From Escherichia phage mistaenkt: a stretch of 64,000 nt of DNA. A program made the translations under genes and the position numbers. The notes under the pieces are model-generated. The model worked only from the letters and a program-made list of their open reading frames with translations, searched no databases and was not told where the DNA came from. This document shows, piece after piece, positions 9,010-18,437 of the stretch. The stretch lies in the sequence record MN850587.1; one strand, 5' to 3'. Position 1 is the stretch's first letter. Each line of letters begins with the position of its first letter.

Positions 9010-9287
9010 ACAACTCTCCGATAAATTTCGTATTCAAATGTTTTGTCAGTCAACTTAAACATATATCCAGTATCATTGTCAACAGAAACTAAGATTCCAT
9101 CAAGGCCAATCTCAATCTCTCTGTGCTCTAACTCAACCGTATGCCCTTCGTTGATGAGTACTTTACAGAAATTGTCTATACGAGTCAAGCACTCTTTTTT
9201 AAATTTTACTGAATTTGTTTCTTCATAGAAGGGCGTAAAGCCCTCCTTAAGATACGCATCAGTCAGTTTCAAACGGGCAGTCATCAT
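9006..9287 (-). CDS. Hypothetical protein (93 aa)
   Basis: ORF track only. Confidence 0.45.
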   Translation of the reverse strand: MMTARLKLTDAYLKEGFTPFYEETNSVKFKKECLTRIDNFCKVLINEGHTVELEHREIEIGLDGILVSVDNDTGYMFKLTDKTFEYEIYRRVV

Positions 9288-11256
9288 CTTCTCCGTCTTC
9301 GTTTAATACTGGTGGAATAGTATAACTTTGACGTTGCTCTTGAGTGTAAATCTCTCCAGTCTCACGGTCAAAGACTTCATCATCATAATGCGGCATAGAG
9401 TCATCGTAGTGGTCATCGGCTTCACCAATACCAAACTGCTGACGAATATTCTCTGCTGCACCATCAATATCAACACCACTACCAGCAGCCTTGATAAGAC
9501 GGCCTGTATCTGGATTATACCAAGTGTGACCAGCAATACCAGTTGACTTACCATGACGACGACATTTCGTTAACTTGATTTTGGTCAAGTTTTTCTTAAC
9601 AGGGTCTGGGTCAACCTTGTTACGCATTAACAGAATGTTGTTCATGGAAATCTGGAAGTATGCACCAGAACCCTTGATATCCTCTTCAGAAATATCACCA
9701 CCTTCAGAGTTAGCCTTCTGACCACCTGCACTCTTACGAACGTGACAGACGTTTACCTGTGCATATTGGTAACGCTTGCAACGACGCAACAGTTCAGACA
9801 AAACTTCTTCTTCATCCGTATCAGAACGTGACAGAGCCAACGTGATAGGGTCAAGAATAATAATCTTACAGTCTAAGCTGTTAACCAGATAGTCAACAAA
9901 CTCTAACAGGTTATCTTGGTCGATTGCCCCTTGGTGGTCAACGATATGGATACGACGACCAGCAGACAACTCAGCATGTGCAACCTTGATTTCATCCCAA
10001 TTACGTTCATCGTAAGGAATCTCTGAAATCTGTTTGCTAAGGTGAATTGCACAGAGCATCTCCATTAACTCTTCGTAAGTATCTTCTACAGGAATCACAC
10101 CGATATTGTAATCAGTTTCCTTCCAAGCAGTATAAATCATTTCACGAGTGTAAGCTGATTTACCTACTGAAGATGGTGCTGCCAGAGTTGTAATCTCACC
10201 TAAACCGTAACCGCCATAAGTCAGTCTGTTCAAATCTCCGAAAGATTCTGGGAATGGAATCAGTGGAATCTGACCACGATTCTTCATTGCCTCAAAACCA
10301 TCTGCGAAGTTCTTGATACCAGCAGGGCAGTATCGAGGTGCATTATAGATACGCTGTTTAAATCCTTCCAGTACTGTATCTTTCTCTTTATAAAACTTAG
10401 TCCACCATTCATTCAGGTCTTTGACACCTTCTGGATACTGGAATAAGCGAACCTTCTCAATCGGAAGAATACCAGCAGCCTCTTTAGTGGCTTTTGCACC
10501 TGCTTCGTCGTTATCAAAGCACAGGTAAATCTCATCAAATGATGTGATGTACTGATAGTTGTCTTTGATAGACTTAATGTTTGCACCTGATGGAACAGAT
10601 ACGTGACAGTAATTCTTACGACGAGACTTATCTTTAATTGCCAGAGAAGTCATGTAGATTGCTGTAGCACATTCCATCTCACCTTCCCAGATGAAGAGAC
10701 GGTTACCACCTTCTGGAGCAATCCATGAACCGAACATTGCCAGTTCACCTTTAATGTCACCTACACCACCTGAGAAGTCTTTCAGCTTACCACGAAGATG
10801 CTCTTTCGGATGGTCTTCTGGGTAACGGTGACGAACACGGTAACCTACATGCTCAAGCTTTCCATTTTCATCTTTCTTGTAAGTTGGGTAAAAGTGTGCA
10901 TCAATTTCACCTTCACCATCTACATCAACCTTGATACCAAGACGGTCAAGCACCTTTGCAGGAATCTTACGGTCTTTCAAATCCATTGCTTCAAGGTTAT
11001 CTTTTACATCGTCTAAATCCATACCACGGAAAGTACGATTTTTATTGTCTGAACCAGTAGAATAAGTACTCACAATTTGCCCTTTATCAAAATCCCACTC
11101 TGGAAAACCCTTGTTGCAACTAAAGCAAGTCATCGAATAAGAATCATCGTCATGATGATAGATTGAACCAGCATCTGATGAACCACACTTAGGGCAAGCA
11201 CAATGACCAACAAACTGACCAGCTTCCTTCAATTTACGACCTTTAGACATTAGCAC
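9259..11256 (-). CDS. Bifunctional DNA primase-helicase (zinc-ribbon/TOPRIM primase fused to DnaB-like helicase)
   Basis: 665 aa; N-terminal Cys4 zinc ribbon (CACPKCGSSD...CFSCNKG), central TOPRIM-like region, C-terminal Walker A (LAAPSSVGKSAYT) and RecA-like helicase motifs. Confidence 0.88.
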   Translation of the reverse strand: MLMSKGRKLKEAGQFVGHCACPKCGSSDAGSIYHHDDDSYSMTCFSCNKGFPEWDFDKGQIVSTYSTGSDNKNRTFRGMDLDDVKDNLEAMDLKDRKIPAKVLDRLGIKVDVDGEGEIDAHFYPTYKKDENGKLEHVGYRVRHRYPEDHPKEHLRGKLKDFSGGVGDIKGELAMFGSWIAPEGGNRLFIWEGEMECATAIYMTSLAIKDKSRRKNYCHVSVPSGANIKSIKDNYQYITSFDEIYLCFDNDEAGAKATKEAAGILPIEKVRLFQYPEGVKDLNEWWTKFYKEKDTVLEGFKQRIYNAPRYCPAGIKNFADGFEAMKNRGQIPLIPFPESFGDLNRLTYGGYGLGEITTLAAPSSVGKSAYTREMIYTAWKETDYNIGVIPVEDTYEELMEMLCAIHLSKQISEIPYDERNWDEIKVAHAELSAGRRIHIVDHQGAIDQDNLLEFVDYLVNSLDCKIIILDPITLALSRSDTDEEEVLSELLRRCKRYQYAQVNVCHVRKSAGGQKANSEGGDISEEDIKGSGAYFQISMNNILLMRNKVDPDPVKKNLTKIKLTKCRRHGKSTGIAGHTWYNPDTGRLIKAAGSGVDIDGAAENIRQQFGIGEADDHYDDSMPHYDDEVFDRETGEIYTQEQRQSYTIPPVLNEDGEDDDCPFETD

Positions 11257-11434
11257 CTCTGCGTTGTAGTTCTGCTTTTAAGCCATTTTCAATCTTGTCT
11301 AGCTCGTGAATCTCTTCTGCAATCTCTTTCCGTCTTGAAGCGACCCTTTCAAGTCGCTCCATCATAACTTCTTTGGAAAGAGATGAGAGTTCCACCGAAC
11401 GATGGTCAACAACTTCTAAATTATTTACTCTCAT
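11243..11434 (-). CDS. Small coiled-coil protein (63 aa)
   Basis: ORF track only. Confidence 0.4.
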   Translation of the reverse strand: MRVNNLEVVDHRSVELSSLSKEVMMERLERVASRRKEIAEEIHELDKIENGLKAELQRRGANV

Positions 11435-11445
11435 CTTTATCTCTC

Positions 11446-12189
11446 TTATTTAATGATAATAGCTTTCAGCTTATTTTCGAGGTCTTCAAGGCTACCATTG
11501 TTTTGAATAATGTCACGTTCAAATTTGGTAGAAATCCCATTTTCTGATTTATGTGATGAAACCTTAACCAGATTGTCTCTTTTTACCTCAATGATTTGGC
11601 TGTCAAAAGACTTTAAGAACTCTGCTTCATGGTCAAAACGTAAGTCACTAATCAGTGCAATACCATACTGGTTAGCTTTTGAGCATGATTCAAAGAACCT
11701 TTCCATTCTTTCTGCAAGGTCACGAATCCAGAACTTCTCTCCAAGAACTTTCCTGACAACTTCAGTTCCCCAGATTTGTTGAATCTGACGTGAAGAGAAT
11801 TTGTAAGTTTTACTAAGTCCCATTCTGGTTAACAGAGTTGGTTTAGCAACCTTCTTCAGTTCCATGATTAATCGTCCAGTTAGCTCACCACATAACTTGA
11901 CGTCAAGATGCAAGTTTTTGTGTGGGAATACCTGTTCAAGTGACCATTGAACTGCAAAGTACAGGTCAGAGAATCTTAAGTTGAACTTTTGAGGTGTCTC
12001 TTTAGTTTCACCATACAAATCGTTCCAGTCAAGGCCAAAGATGTATGCAGCAGATTCTTTTAAACTGTCTGCAAAAGCAAAGATGTGAACATTGCAACCT
12101 TCCTCATCTTGAAGGAAGTTCTTTACCAACATGCAGGAAGTGTCCTTACCAGAACGAGCCTTTCCAGTAAATGCAATAATACTTTTCAT
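11446..12189 (-). CDS. Deoxynucleoside monophosphate kinase
   Basis: 247 aa; N-terminal P-loop IAFTGKARSGKDT resembles the start of phage dNMP kinases. Confidence 0.7.
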   Translation of the reverse strand: MKSIIAFTGKARSGKDTSCMLVKNFLQDEEGCNVHIFAFADSLKESAAYIFGLDWNDLYGETKETPQKFNLRFSDLYFAVQWSLEQVFPHKNLHLDVKLCGELTGRLIMELKKVAKPTLLTRMGLSKTYKFSSRQIQQIWGTEVVRKVLGEKFWIRDLAERMERFFESCSKANQYGIALISDLRFDHEAEFLKSFDSQIIEVKRDNLVKVSSHKSENGISTKFERDIIQNNGSLEDLENKLKAIIIK

Positions 12190-12205
12190 ATACCATTATC
12201 TCCAT

Positions 12206-12233
12206 ACGAAAAAGCCCCCAATTAAGGAGGCTT
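12206..12233 (-). terminator. Hairpin AAGCC...GGCTT with downstream T-run on minus strand, upstream of the dNMP kinase gene
   Basis: Inverted repeat read directly; imperfect. Confidence 0.3.
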
Positions 12234-12249
12234 TGGGAAAACAATTCTA

Positions 12250-13053
12250 TTAGTGAATCTGCGTAGAATCAAGCTTTTCTTTATCAGACAGAGCCTGAAT
12301 AGTTGCTACAAATTCATCACCAAAGTGGATGGCAATCTTGTCTTGAAGAACTGCTGCACCAGTTTGCATAATCACTTCTCGCAGGGCTTCACCACTTACG
12401 TTACCAGCAATCTGCTCTACAAACTCAATAGGTGCATCAATCAAACCTGCAACTTCAAACAGAGCGTGAATGCTCATCACGGTGATGATTGAAGGAACCA
12501 GAGCAGTCAGTTTGACTTGAATCTCATCAAGGCCACGTTCAGCTTCATTGTCAACAACCTCTTGAAGTTGCTCTTTGGTCAGTTTCACCATTTCCTGTGA
12601 ACGCTCAAAGATATCTGCAAAACCCCAATCAAGTTTTTCATAGCGTGGAAGTTTCTCTTGAACACGCTTCTCAAGTACAGCCATCACACTTGCAATTGAG
12701 TTGATAATCAGGTTGAAGGTCTCGTCTTCAGTGAACTCAAGCAGTGCTTCTTTCTCTTCTTCAGAGAGAACTTTGTAGTCACCAGTTTGCATCTTGTCAA
12801 AGACATAACCAGCAAAGGCATCTACACCAACAGCTACTGAAGCCAGAGCCAGTTGACGGTTATTCAGAAGCAGTTCAACCTGCGAGCGAAATGCTGACTC
12901 ATCAGAGATTTCTGCATTAACCTGATAAGATTCAGGAGTTGCTTGTGAACTGAAGGTATTGCTACGCATAACGATAGCAAGGCTTTCAACAGTGTTCAGC
13001 ATAAAGTTACTATCAATACCTTTGGAGGCCAGCATTTCATTTACAGTAGTCAT
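12250..13053 (-). CDS. Hypothetical protein (267 aa)
   Basis: ORF track only. Confidence 0.5.
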   Translation of the reverse strand: MTTVNEMLASKGIDSNFMLNTVESLAIVMRSNTFSSQATPESYQVNAEISDESAFRSQVELLLNNRQLALASVAVGVDAFAGYVFDKMQTGDYKVLSEEEKEALLEFTEDETFNLIINSIASVMAVLEKRVQEKLPRYEKLDWGFADIFERSQEMVKLTKEQLQEVVDNEAERGLDEIQVKLTALVPSIITVMSIHALFEVAGLIDAPIEFVEQIAGNVSGEALREVIMQTGAAVLQDKIAIHFGDEFVATIQALSDKEKLDSTQIH

Positions 13054-13054
13054 A

Positions 13055-13477
13055 TTAATTCTCTCTCATTTTGTTAAGTGTTTGTCGTGATAACTTTAAG
13101 CTTTCTGTAGAGGAAAAGTCAAGAACTTTTTCAGACCTTGGGAAGTAATGTCTATCCCATGAACTTTCTACATCGCTAATCAGTGTTGCTAGGTTATCTA
13201 AGTCTGTTCCGTTTTGCAACTTCTTTTTTAAAGAATCTATCAAGAAGAGTGTATCTTTTGCTTTACGCCTCTCAGCAGATATCTCCTTCATATGCTCAAA
13301 GACTGAACATTTCATTCTTTCATCGTAACCTTCGGAGAGTTCAATCTCATGTTGAACATCAACCATTCGACGGTGATGGTAAGCGTATTCCTTTTGAGCA
13401 GCAATGTCAAGTTCTTCCAACTTTTTTAAAGCTCTCATGAAGTCAGCTATGTCTGGGTGAACAAACATTCTCTGCAT
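13055..13477 (-). CDS. Hypothetical protein (140 aa)
   Basis: ORF track only; first gene of the minus-strand block, divergent from the polymerase gene. Confidence 0.5.
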   Translation of the reverse strand: MQRMFVHPDIADFMRALKKLEELDIAAQKEYAYHHRRMVDVQHEIELSEGYDERMKCSVFEHMKEISAERRKAKDTLFLIDSLKKKLQNGTDLDNLATLISDVESSWDRHYFPRSEKVLDFSSTESLKLSRQTLNKMREN

Positions 13478-13734
13478 AATGCCCTCTTTTAAGTACCTAT
13501 TAAACTTAATCTGTTTTCTTTACGTATTCTATACGTATAACTTTAAAGCTTCTTAAAAGCTATTAAAAATCTTTTAAGGGTTTTAAAGAAACTGTATAGT
13601 TAATCTGTAAAGGGAGTCTTTTAAGTTAAAACCCACTTCGCAAAGATTAACACCTTGTCAAGTGAATTGTCAACTTGCTTTTTGAAACTTTTTGCAGTAA
13701 TGTATTGAGTCAATGATTTTGAGAGGGAGTAAAA

Positions 13735-16434
13735 ATGGAAAACGTAGATTTTGAAAACTTGCACTTGGTAGGTGATACCGAAACTGATGGGTTACTCCTT
13801 GAGTTCACAAAAGCACACGTAATGGCATTTGCAGATTACAAAGATGACAGTGACGAACCTGCTGTGTGGGTCTTCACTGATGAACCTATTCTTGGTCACA
13901 AATGCACTAAGTACATTAAAGGTGGTCTTCGTGAAGGTGTAGAGTTTGCTCTTAAGGCAAAACGTCTCTGCATTCATAACGGCCTTGGCTATGACTGGTG
14001 GGTGTTCAATCACATTGCACCGGACTTATGGAACTTTGATAATCCGAAGTGTAAACCTTGGGGAGACTTCTTTCAGGATTCTCTTATCCAGTCTCGTGTT
14101 CAGTGGATGGATAGACCTACACCGAAAGGTTACAAAGGTGCTCATGGTTTGGCTGCATGGGGTGCTCGTGTTGGTGTTCGTAAACCAGAGATTGAAGAGT
14201 GGGGTGTTTGGAATGCTGATATTCTGAACCGTGTTGTTGAGGATATTCGAATCAACGCCAAAACTAAACGTGCTCTTGATAACGAATACCTGAAGCTGAA
14301 GAAGTGTGGTGTAGACACTTATGAAACCTACATGCGAGCTAAAGAAACATCTTTCTGGATGAGTCAGCAAGCTATCAACGGTTGGAAAGCTGATATTGAA
14401 CTTATGCAGTTCCATGTCAAAGAACTTGACAGAATGACTGATGAATTAGCTGCTGAAGTTGAGCCTCATCTGCCACCGACTATCAAGACGAAAGGTAAAG
14501 TTACTGGTGAAGAGTTTGCAAGGGCTTGGAACGAGTATGTTGAGACATTTGGTGAAGCAGATGGTTTGAAGCGTATCACTAAGTATCCAAAAACTAAGTT
14601 CCGTCAGCAGGTTCGCAATGGTGAGATGCAGACTTACGCTATCAAACCTTTTGGTAAGCCAACTACCAAGATTTTCAACATTGAGAAGCGTAACTGCTAC
14701 ACTCCAACTAATACGGTTACTGGAGAAGAGTACAAAGAAGGTTTCGTGGCAATGAAAGATGCTCGTGCAGTTTGTAACGAGTTGAATGCTGCGATTGATA
14801 AGAAGTGCAAAGACTGGAAGCCAGTTAAAACTGTGAAGACTGTGAAGTACTACAACAATCACGTAGTAAATCACTTTGAACTTGAGTCAAGTCGTTACAC
14901 AGGTTTGATTGATGCACCTTATACACCGATTGAGTTTGAAGTTTCACGTATGACTCAGGTTGCTGTTGTGAAGGATTATCTGAAAACTCTTGGCTGGATT
15001 CCTGATGACTGGAACTACAAGAAAGATTCTGATGGTCGTCCGGTGAAGGTTTGTCGCTTCAAAGACAACAAGAAGATGATTCGTAAACATCCTAAATGGC
15101 AAGAGATGGTGGAACGTTGCGGATTGAACTATGTTGAACATGAAGGTGTACAGTACATCGAACACAACTGGTCTGTGAAGAAGTACACAGATTTGCTTGA
15201 ACCTTGCTTGATTCGTACTTCACCGAAACTAACTGAATCATCTTACGATACGATTGAAGGTGAACTTGGACAGAAGATTGCGAAGTACTATACTTTAATG
15301 CACCGACGCAGAACTATCGAGAACTCAAAGGATGACGAAAAAGGTTGGTTAAACCAGATTCGTCCAGATGGTCGTTTGAGTGCTGGTGCAATGGTGTTTG
15401 GTACTTCAACTGGACGTATGACACAATATGGAATTGTGAACGTACCTTCTGGGGCTGCTGTTTATGGTGAACCAATGAGGGCAGTCTGGATTTGTGAAGA
15501 GGGAACCAACGTAGTATCCGTTGATATGAACTCTGCACAGCTTGTTTTACTGTGTAACTTTATGGGCGATAAAGAGTTCACCAAAGCGGTAACTCAAGGT
15601 AAAGAAGAGATTGAGTTTATCCGTCAGGAAGATGGCAGATATTACTGCAAACACTTTGACGAATACCTGAATCCAGAAGTTGATAAGTATCTACGTTATG
15701 ACTCTGAAAACGACTTGTACGTAGTTTATTCAGGTACTGATGCTCATACACTGAACAGCATCTACTTCAGCTTGAACGAAGAACAAGATATATTGACTTG
15801 TCGTATGACTCAGGATGAAAATCTTCTTCACGAAATTAGTAAAGGTCGTAAGAAAGCTAAGAATGGTATCTATGCGTTACTGTTCGGTGCTGGTGATGAG
15901 AAGTTTGCTAAGACGATTAAAGCTGCGACTACTCAAGAAGGTGCATTAACTAAACAGACTTACTTTGTTCGTTTACCGAAGATTAAGAAACTGTTAGATG
16001 ACTTGGAAGCTGACTTTAAAGCAACTAAGAAAGCACTCGAAGAGGTATTTGGTAAGACTGCTGCAATTGCTAAAGGTGGTTTTGTCAAGGTTGCTGGAGC
16101 ATGGTTGTGGTGTAAGTCTCCACACAAACTGTTGAACTACTTGCTGATGGGTTCAGAAGCACAAGTTCAGAATGAAGCAATCAACCTTGCATGTCGTCGT
16201 ATGATTGATGAAGGTTTGATGAAGTTGAATGGTCGTAAGCCAGCTATCGGTGCTCGTTTACTCTGTGCATATCACGATGAAACAAGTTGGGAATGTCCAG
16301 AGAGCATGACAGCAGAAGTTAAGGCTGTAACTGACTGGTACTACGGACAAGCTTCTAAGAACTTAGGGCTTCGTAAAGAAACTCTGGTAACAGGGACTGG
16401 TAAAGTTGGTAAGTCTTGGTATGAGGTGCATTGA
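13735..16434 (+). CDS. Family A (Pol I-like) DNA polymerase with 3'-5' exonuclease domain
   Basis: 899 aa; Exo I motif DTETDGL at N-terminus, motif B RKKAKNGIYALLFGAG, motif C YHDE; GAGGGAG RBS. Confidence 0.92.
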   Translation: MENVDFENLHLVGDTETDGLLLEFTKAHVMAFADYKDDSDEPAVWVFTDEPILGHKCTKYIKGGLREGVEFALKAKRLCIHNGLGYDWWVFNHIAPDLWNFDNPKCKPWGDFFQDSLIQSRVQWMDRPTPKGYKGAHGLAAWGARVGVRKPEIEEWGVWNADILNRVVEDIRINAKTKRALDNEYLKLKKCGVDTYETYMRAKETSFWMSQQAINGWKADIELMQFHVKELDRMTDELAAEVEPHLPPTIKTKGKVTGEEFARAWNEYVETFGEADGLKRITKYPKTKFRQQVRNGEMQTYAIKPFGKPTTKIFNIEKRNCYTPTNTVTGEEYKEGFVAMKDARAVCNELNAAIDKKCKDWKPVKTVKTVKYYNNHVVNHFELESSRYTGLIDAPYTPIEFEVSRMTQVAVVKDYLKTLGWIPDDWNYKKDSDGRPVKVCRFKDNKKMIRKHPKWQEMVERCGLNYVEHEGVQYIEHNWSVKKYTDLLEPCLIRTSPKLTESSYDTIEGELGQKIAKYYTLMHRRRTIENSKDDEKGWLNQIRPDGRLSAGAMVFGTSTGRMTQYGIVNVPSGAAVYGEPMRAVWICEEGTNVVSVDMNSAQLVLLCNFMGDKEFTKAVTQGKEEIEFIRQEDGRYYCKHFDEYLNPEVDKYLRYDSENDLYVVYSGTDAHTLNSIYFSLNEEQDILTCRMTQDENLLHEISKGRKKAKNGIYALLFGAGDEKFAKTIKAATTQEGALTKQTYFVRLPKIKKLLDDLEADFKATKKALEEVFGKTAAIAKGGFVKVAGAWLWCKSPHKLLNYLLMGSEAQVQNEAINLACRRMIDEGLMKLNGRKPAIGARLLCAYHDETSWECPESMTAEVKAVTDWYYGQASKNLGLRKETLVTGTGKVGKSWYEVH

Positions 16435-16946
16435 TGCAAGATTGTGGTTTTACTCATGAGCAATTAAAATCATGGATTCACTACGACCCCTTAACAGGTG
16501 TCTTAACTTGGATTGGTAGACCTCCTAACAGTGGTAGGGTGGTTATAGGCAGTCAAGCTGGGTCAATCAAAAGGACAAAATCTGGTGTGTATCTTCATAC
16601 ACAGATACTAGGTTACAGGACAGGGAATCACCGTATTGCTTGGTTCTGGATGACTGGAAAATGGCCTGATAAACATATTGACCATAAGGATGGAGATGGT
16701 CTAAACAATGCTTGGGAGAATCTTAGAGAAGCCACGAAAGAGCAGAACATGGCTAACAGGAGACAACCTAGAACATCAAAGAGTTTAAAAGGCACAAGTA
16801 GAAGCAAATCTGGAAAGTGGATTGCACAGATTAACCATAATGGAAAGACTAACCATATTGGCACATACATGACCGAGCAAGAAGCCCACGAAGCTTACTG
16901 TGAAGCTGCTATAAAACTCCACGGAGATTTTGCAAAACTTAGTTGA
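16431..16946 (+). CDS. HNH homing endonuclease with C-terminal AP2-like DNA-binding domain
   Basis: 171 aa; HIDHKDGDGLNNAWENLREATKEQN (HNH); C-terminal GKWIAQINHNGKTNHIGTYMTEQEAHEAY (AP2-like); start overlaps polymerase stop (ATGA). Confidence 0.7.
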   Translation: MMQDCGFTHEQLKSWIHYDPLTGVLTWIGRPPNSGRVVIGSQAGSIKRTKSGVYLHTQILGYRTGNHRIAWFWMTGKWPDKHIDHKDGDGLNNAWENLREATKEQNMANRRQPRTSKSLKGTSRSKSGKWIAQINHNGKTNHIGTYMTEQEAHEAYCEAAIKLHGDFAKLS

Positions 16947-16998
16947 CAAGGTGCTCATGGAAGAGTACCTTATACTATATATTGTATAGGAGACTTGT

Positions 16999-17199
16999 AT
17001 GACTATTTCAGAAATTGAAGTTCAACTGCAATGTGCTGGATATTCTCAAAGTGAGATTGAGGCTATGTGCATCATCATTTGCAGTAGCCATAAGCACCTC
17101 AAGCTTTCTAATGAAAATCTTTTCAAGGTTGATATTTTTATCGCTGGGGGCAAGATTATCAAGGATAAGACAGGCTACCTTAAAGGTGAACGTCTATGA
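16999..17199 (+). CDS. Hypothetical small protein (66 aa)
   Basis: ORF track only. Confidence 0.35.
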   Translation: MTISEIEVQLQCAGYSQSEIEAMCIIICSSHKHLKLSNENLFKVDIFIAGGKIIKDKTGYLKGERL

Positions 17200-17405
17200 G
17201 CCATCGTGGAAGAACTCATCTTGCCATGATGCAAGGGGCTTCAAAAGAGACTATCAAGAATCGGAAGAAAACTCTTTTTGACAGAATGAATAGACTCATT
17301 GATAATGCAAGTCTACCTAACTCTGAAAAGGTTTTCTTGAAAGGGAATCTGAAGAGTATTGCACAGGAACTTATTGATATTGAATTTTGGAGACACCAAA
17401 AATGA
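17196..17405 (+). CDS. Hypothetical small protein (69 aa)
   Basis: ORF track; ATGA overlap with neighbour. Confidence 0.4.
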   Translation: MSHRGRTHLAMMQGASKETIKNRKKTLFDRMNRLIDNASLPNSEKVFLKGNLKSIAQELIDIEFWRHQK

Positions 17406-17653
17406 GCAATAAAGAGCAAGAAGCTTTAGCAATCTTCAAGAGTGAAGACAAATCAATAGCTTTTGTCTCAGAGGCTTGGTGCAGAGATTTGGGGTATGAT
17501 TGGTATCTCTTCTTATGCGCTAAGAAAGATGTTAAGCCAGTTGATGAAACCCGATTCAAAGAACTGTATAATGTCTGCCAAGATGGTTATGAAGAACATT
17601 ACAAAGGTTCTTTGAATCCTGTAAATTCAAAAGCTTCAGATTTATTTTATTGA
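17402..17653 (+). CDS. Hypothetical small protein (83 aa, start MSNKEQEALAIF)
   Basis: ORF track, start trimmed to the ATG overlapping the upstream stop. Confidence 0.4.
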   Translation: MSNKEQEALAIFKSEDKSIAFVSEAWCRDLGYDWYLFLCAKKDVKPVDETRFKELYNVCQDGYEEHYKGSLNPVNSKASDLFY

Positions 17654-17663
17654 GAGGTTTAAA

Positions 17664-17909
17664 ATGTTAAAATTATTGATACCAGCTTTAGCAGTCCTAC
17701 TGGTTGGGTGTAACCCTTCTTATGAGAATAAGGATGCTTCTTACAGACTTCCTCCAGAAATGCAAGACTGCAAGATTTATAAGCCTAATGGTGATGCCAT
17801 TAGCAGGGATGTTATTGTAGTTCGCTGCCCAAATTCTCAGACGACAACTTCTTACAAGTATGGGAAGAATAGTCAGTCACACGCCACAGTTTTTGATGAG
17901 GGATATTGA
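17664..17909 (+). CDS. Putative lipoprotein (81 aa)
   Basis: N-terminal signal peptide with lipobox (LLIPALAVLLVGC). Confidence 0.5.
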   Translation: MLKLLIPALAVLLVGCNPSYENKDASYRLPPEMQDCKIYKPNGDAISRDVIVVRCPNSQTTTSYKYGKNSQSHATVFDEGY

Positions 17910-17910
17910 T

Positions 17911-18117
17911 ATGCAGGTTCTGGTAAACTTTATCTATAAGTATGAAAACATCTTCAGCACTATGACTGTAGCTCAACGCAATCCAGTTATTCCCCGAGAA
18001 GGGGAGACTGTTGAGATTAATGATTGGAACTACAGAGTTGAAGAGGTCAAGCATAAACTTAAAGATGGTTATGACCACCAAGTTGTAAATGTGTATTTAA
18101 AAGGTAAGTGGCAATGA
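17911..18117 (+). CDS. Hypothetical small protein (68 aa)
   Basis: ORF track, start trimmed to ATG at 17911. Confidence 0.35.
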   Translation: MQVLVNFIYKYENIFSTMTVAQRNPVIPREGETVEINDWNYRVEEVKHKLKDGYDHQVVNVYLKGKWQ

Positions 18118-18356
18118 GTAGAGAAGACCAGTTAATTGATATGCAAAATGACAAAAATGAGGCAATATCCATAATCCCAATATTGTGGGGGCATGACTGC
18201 ACATATGGTAACTATCTGTGTGTTTGTGAAGACCGAAACATTGAACCCGTAAGCCGTAATGAGTATCAAAAACACTTAAAGGCTCTTGACAATTACTTCA
18301 CAGATAATAAATGCTCTCAGATTTCAAGTGAGGTCTTGCATGAAGATTTTTATTAA
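18108..18356 (+). CDS. Hypothetical small protein (82 aa)
   Basis: ORF track only. Confidence 0.4.
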   Translation: MAMSREDQLIDMQNDKNEAISIIPILWGHDCTYGNYLCVCEDRNIEPVSRNEYQKHLKALDNYFTDNKCSQISSEVLHEDFY

Positions 18357-18437
18357 AGTTATTGATGAAGATTTTGGAGGGTGCTCTTGGCACTCATTTT
18401 TCACAAAAGGTTGTCTAGCTTGTGAGGCACGTAATAA

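Noticed and set aside
13480-13734. Clear divergent sigma70 promoters for the polymerase and the minus-strand replication block
   Set aside because: The region is AT-rich and contains TTGTCA/TTGACA-like hexamers, but I could not pair any -35 with a convincing -10 at 16-18 bp spacing on the plus strand, so no promoter feature was called there.
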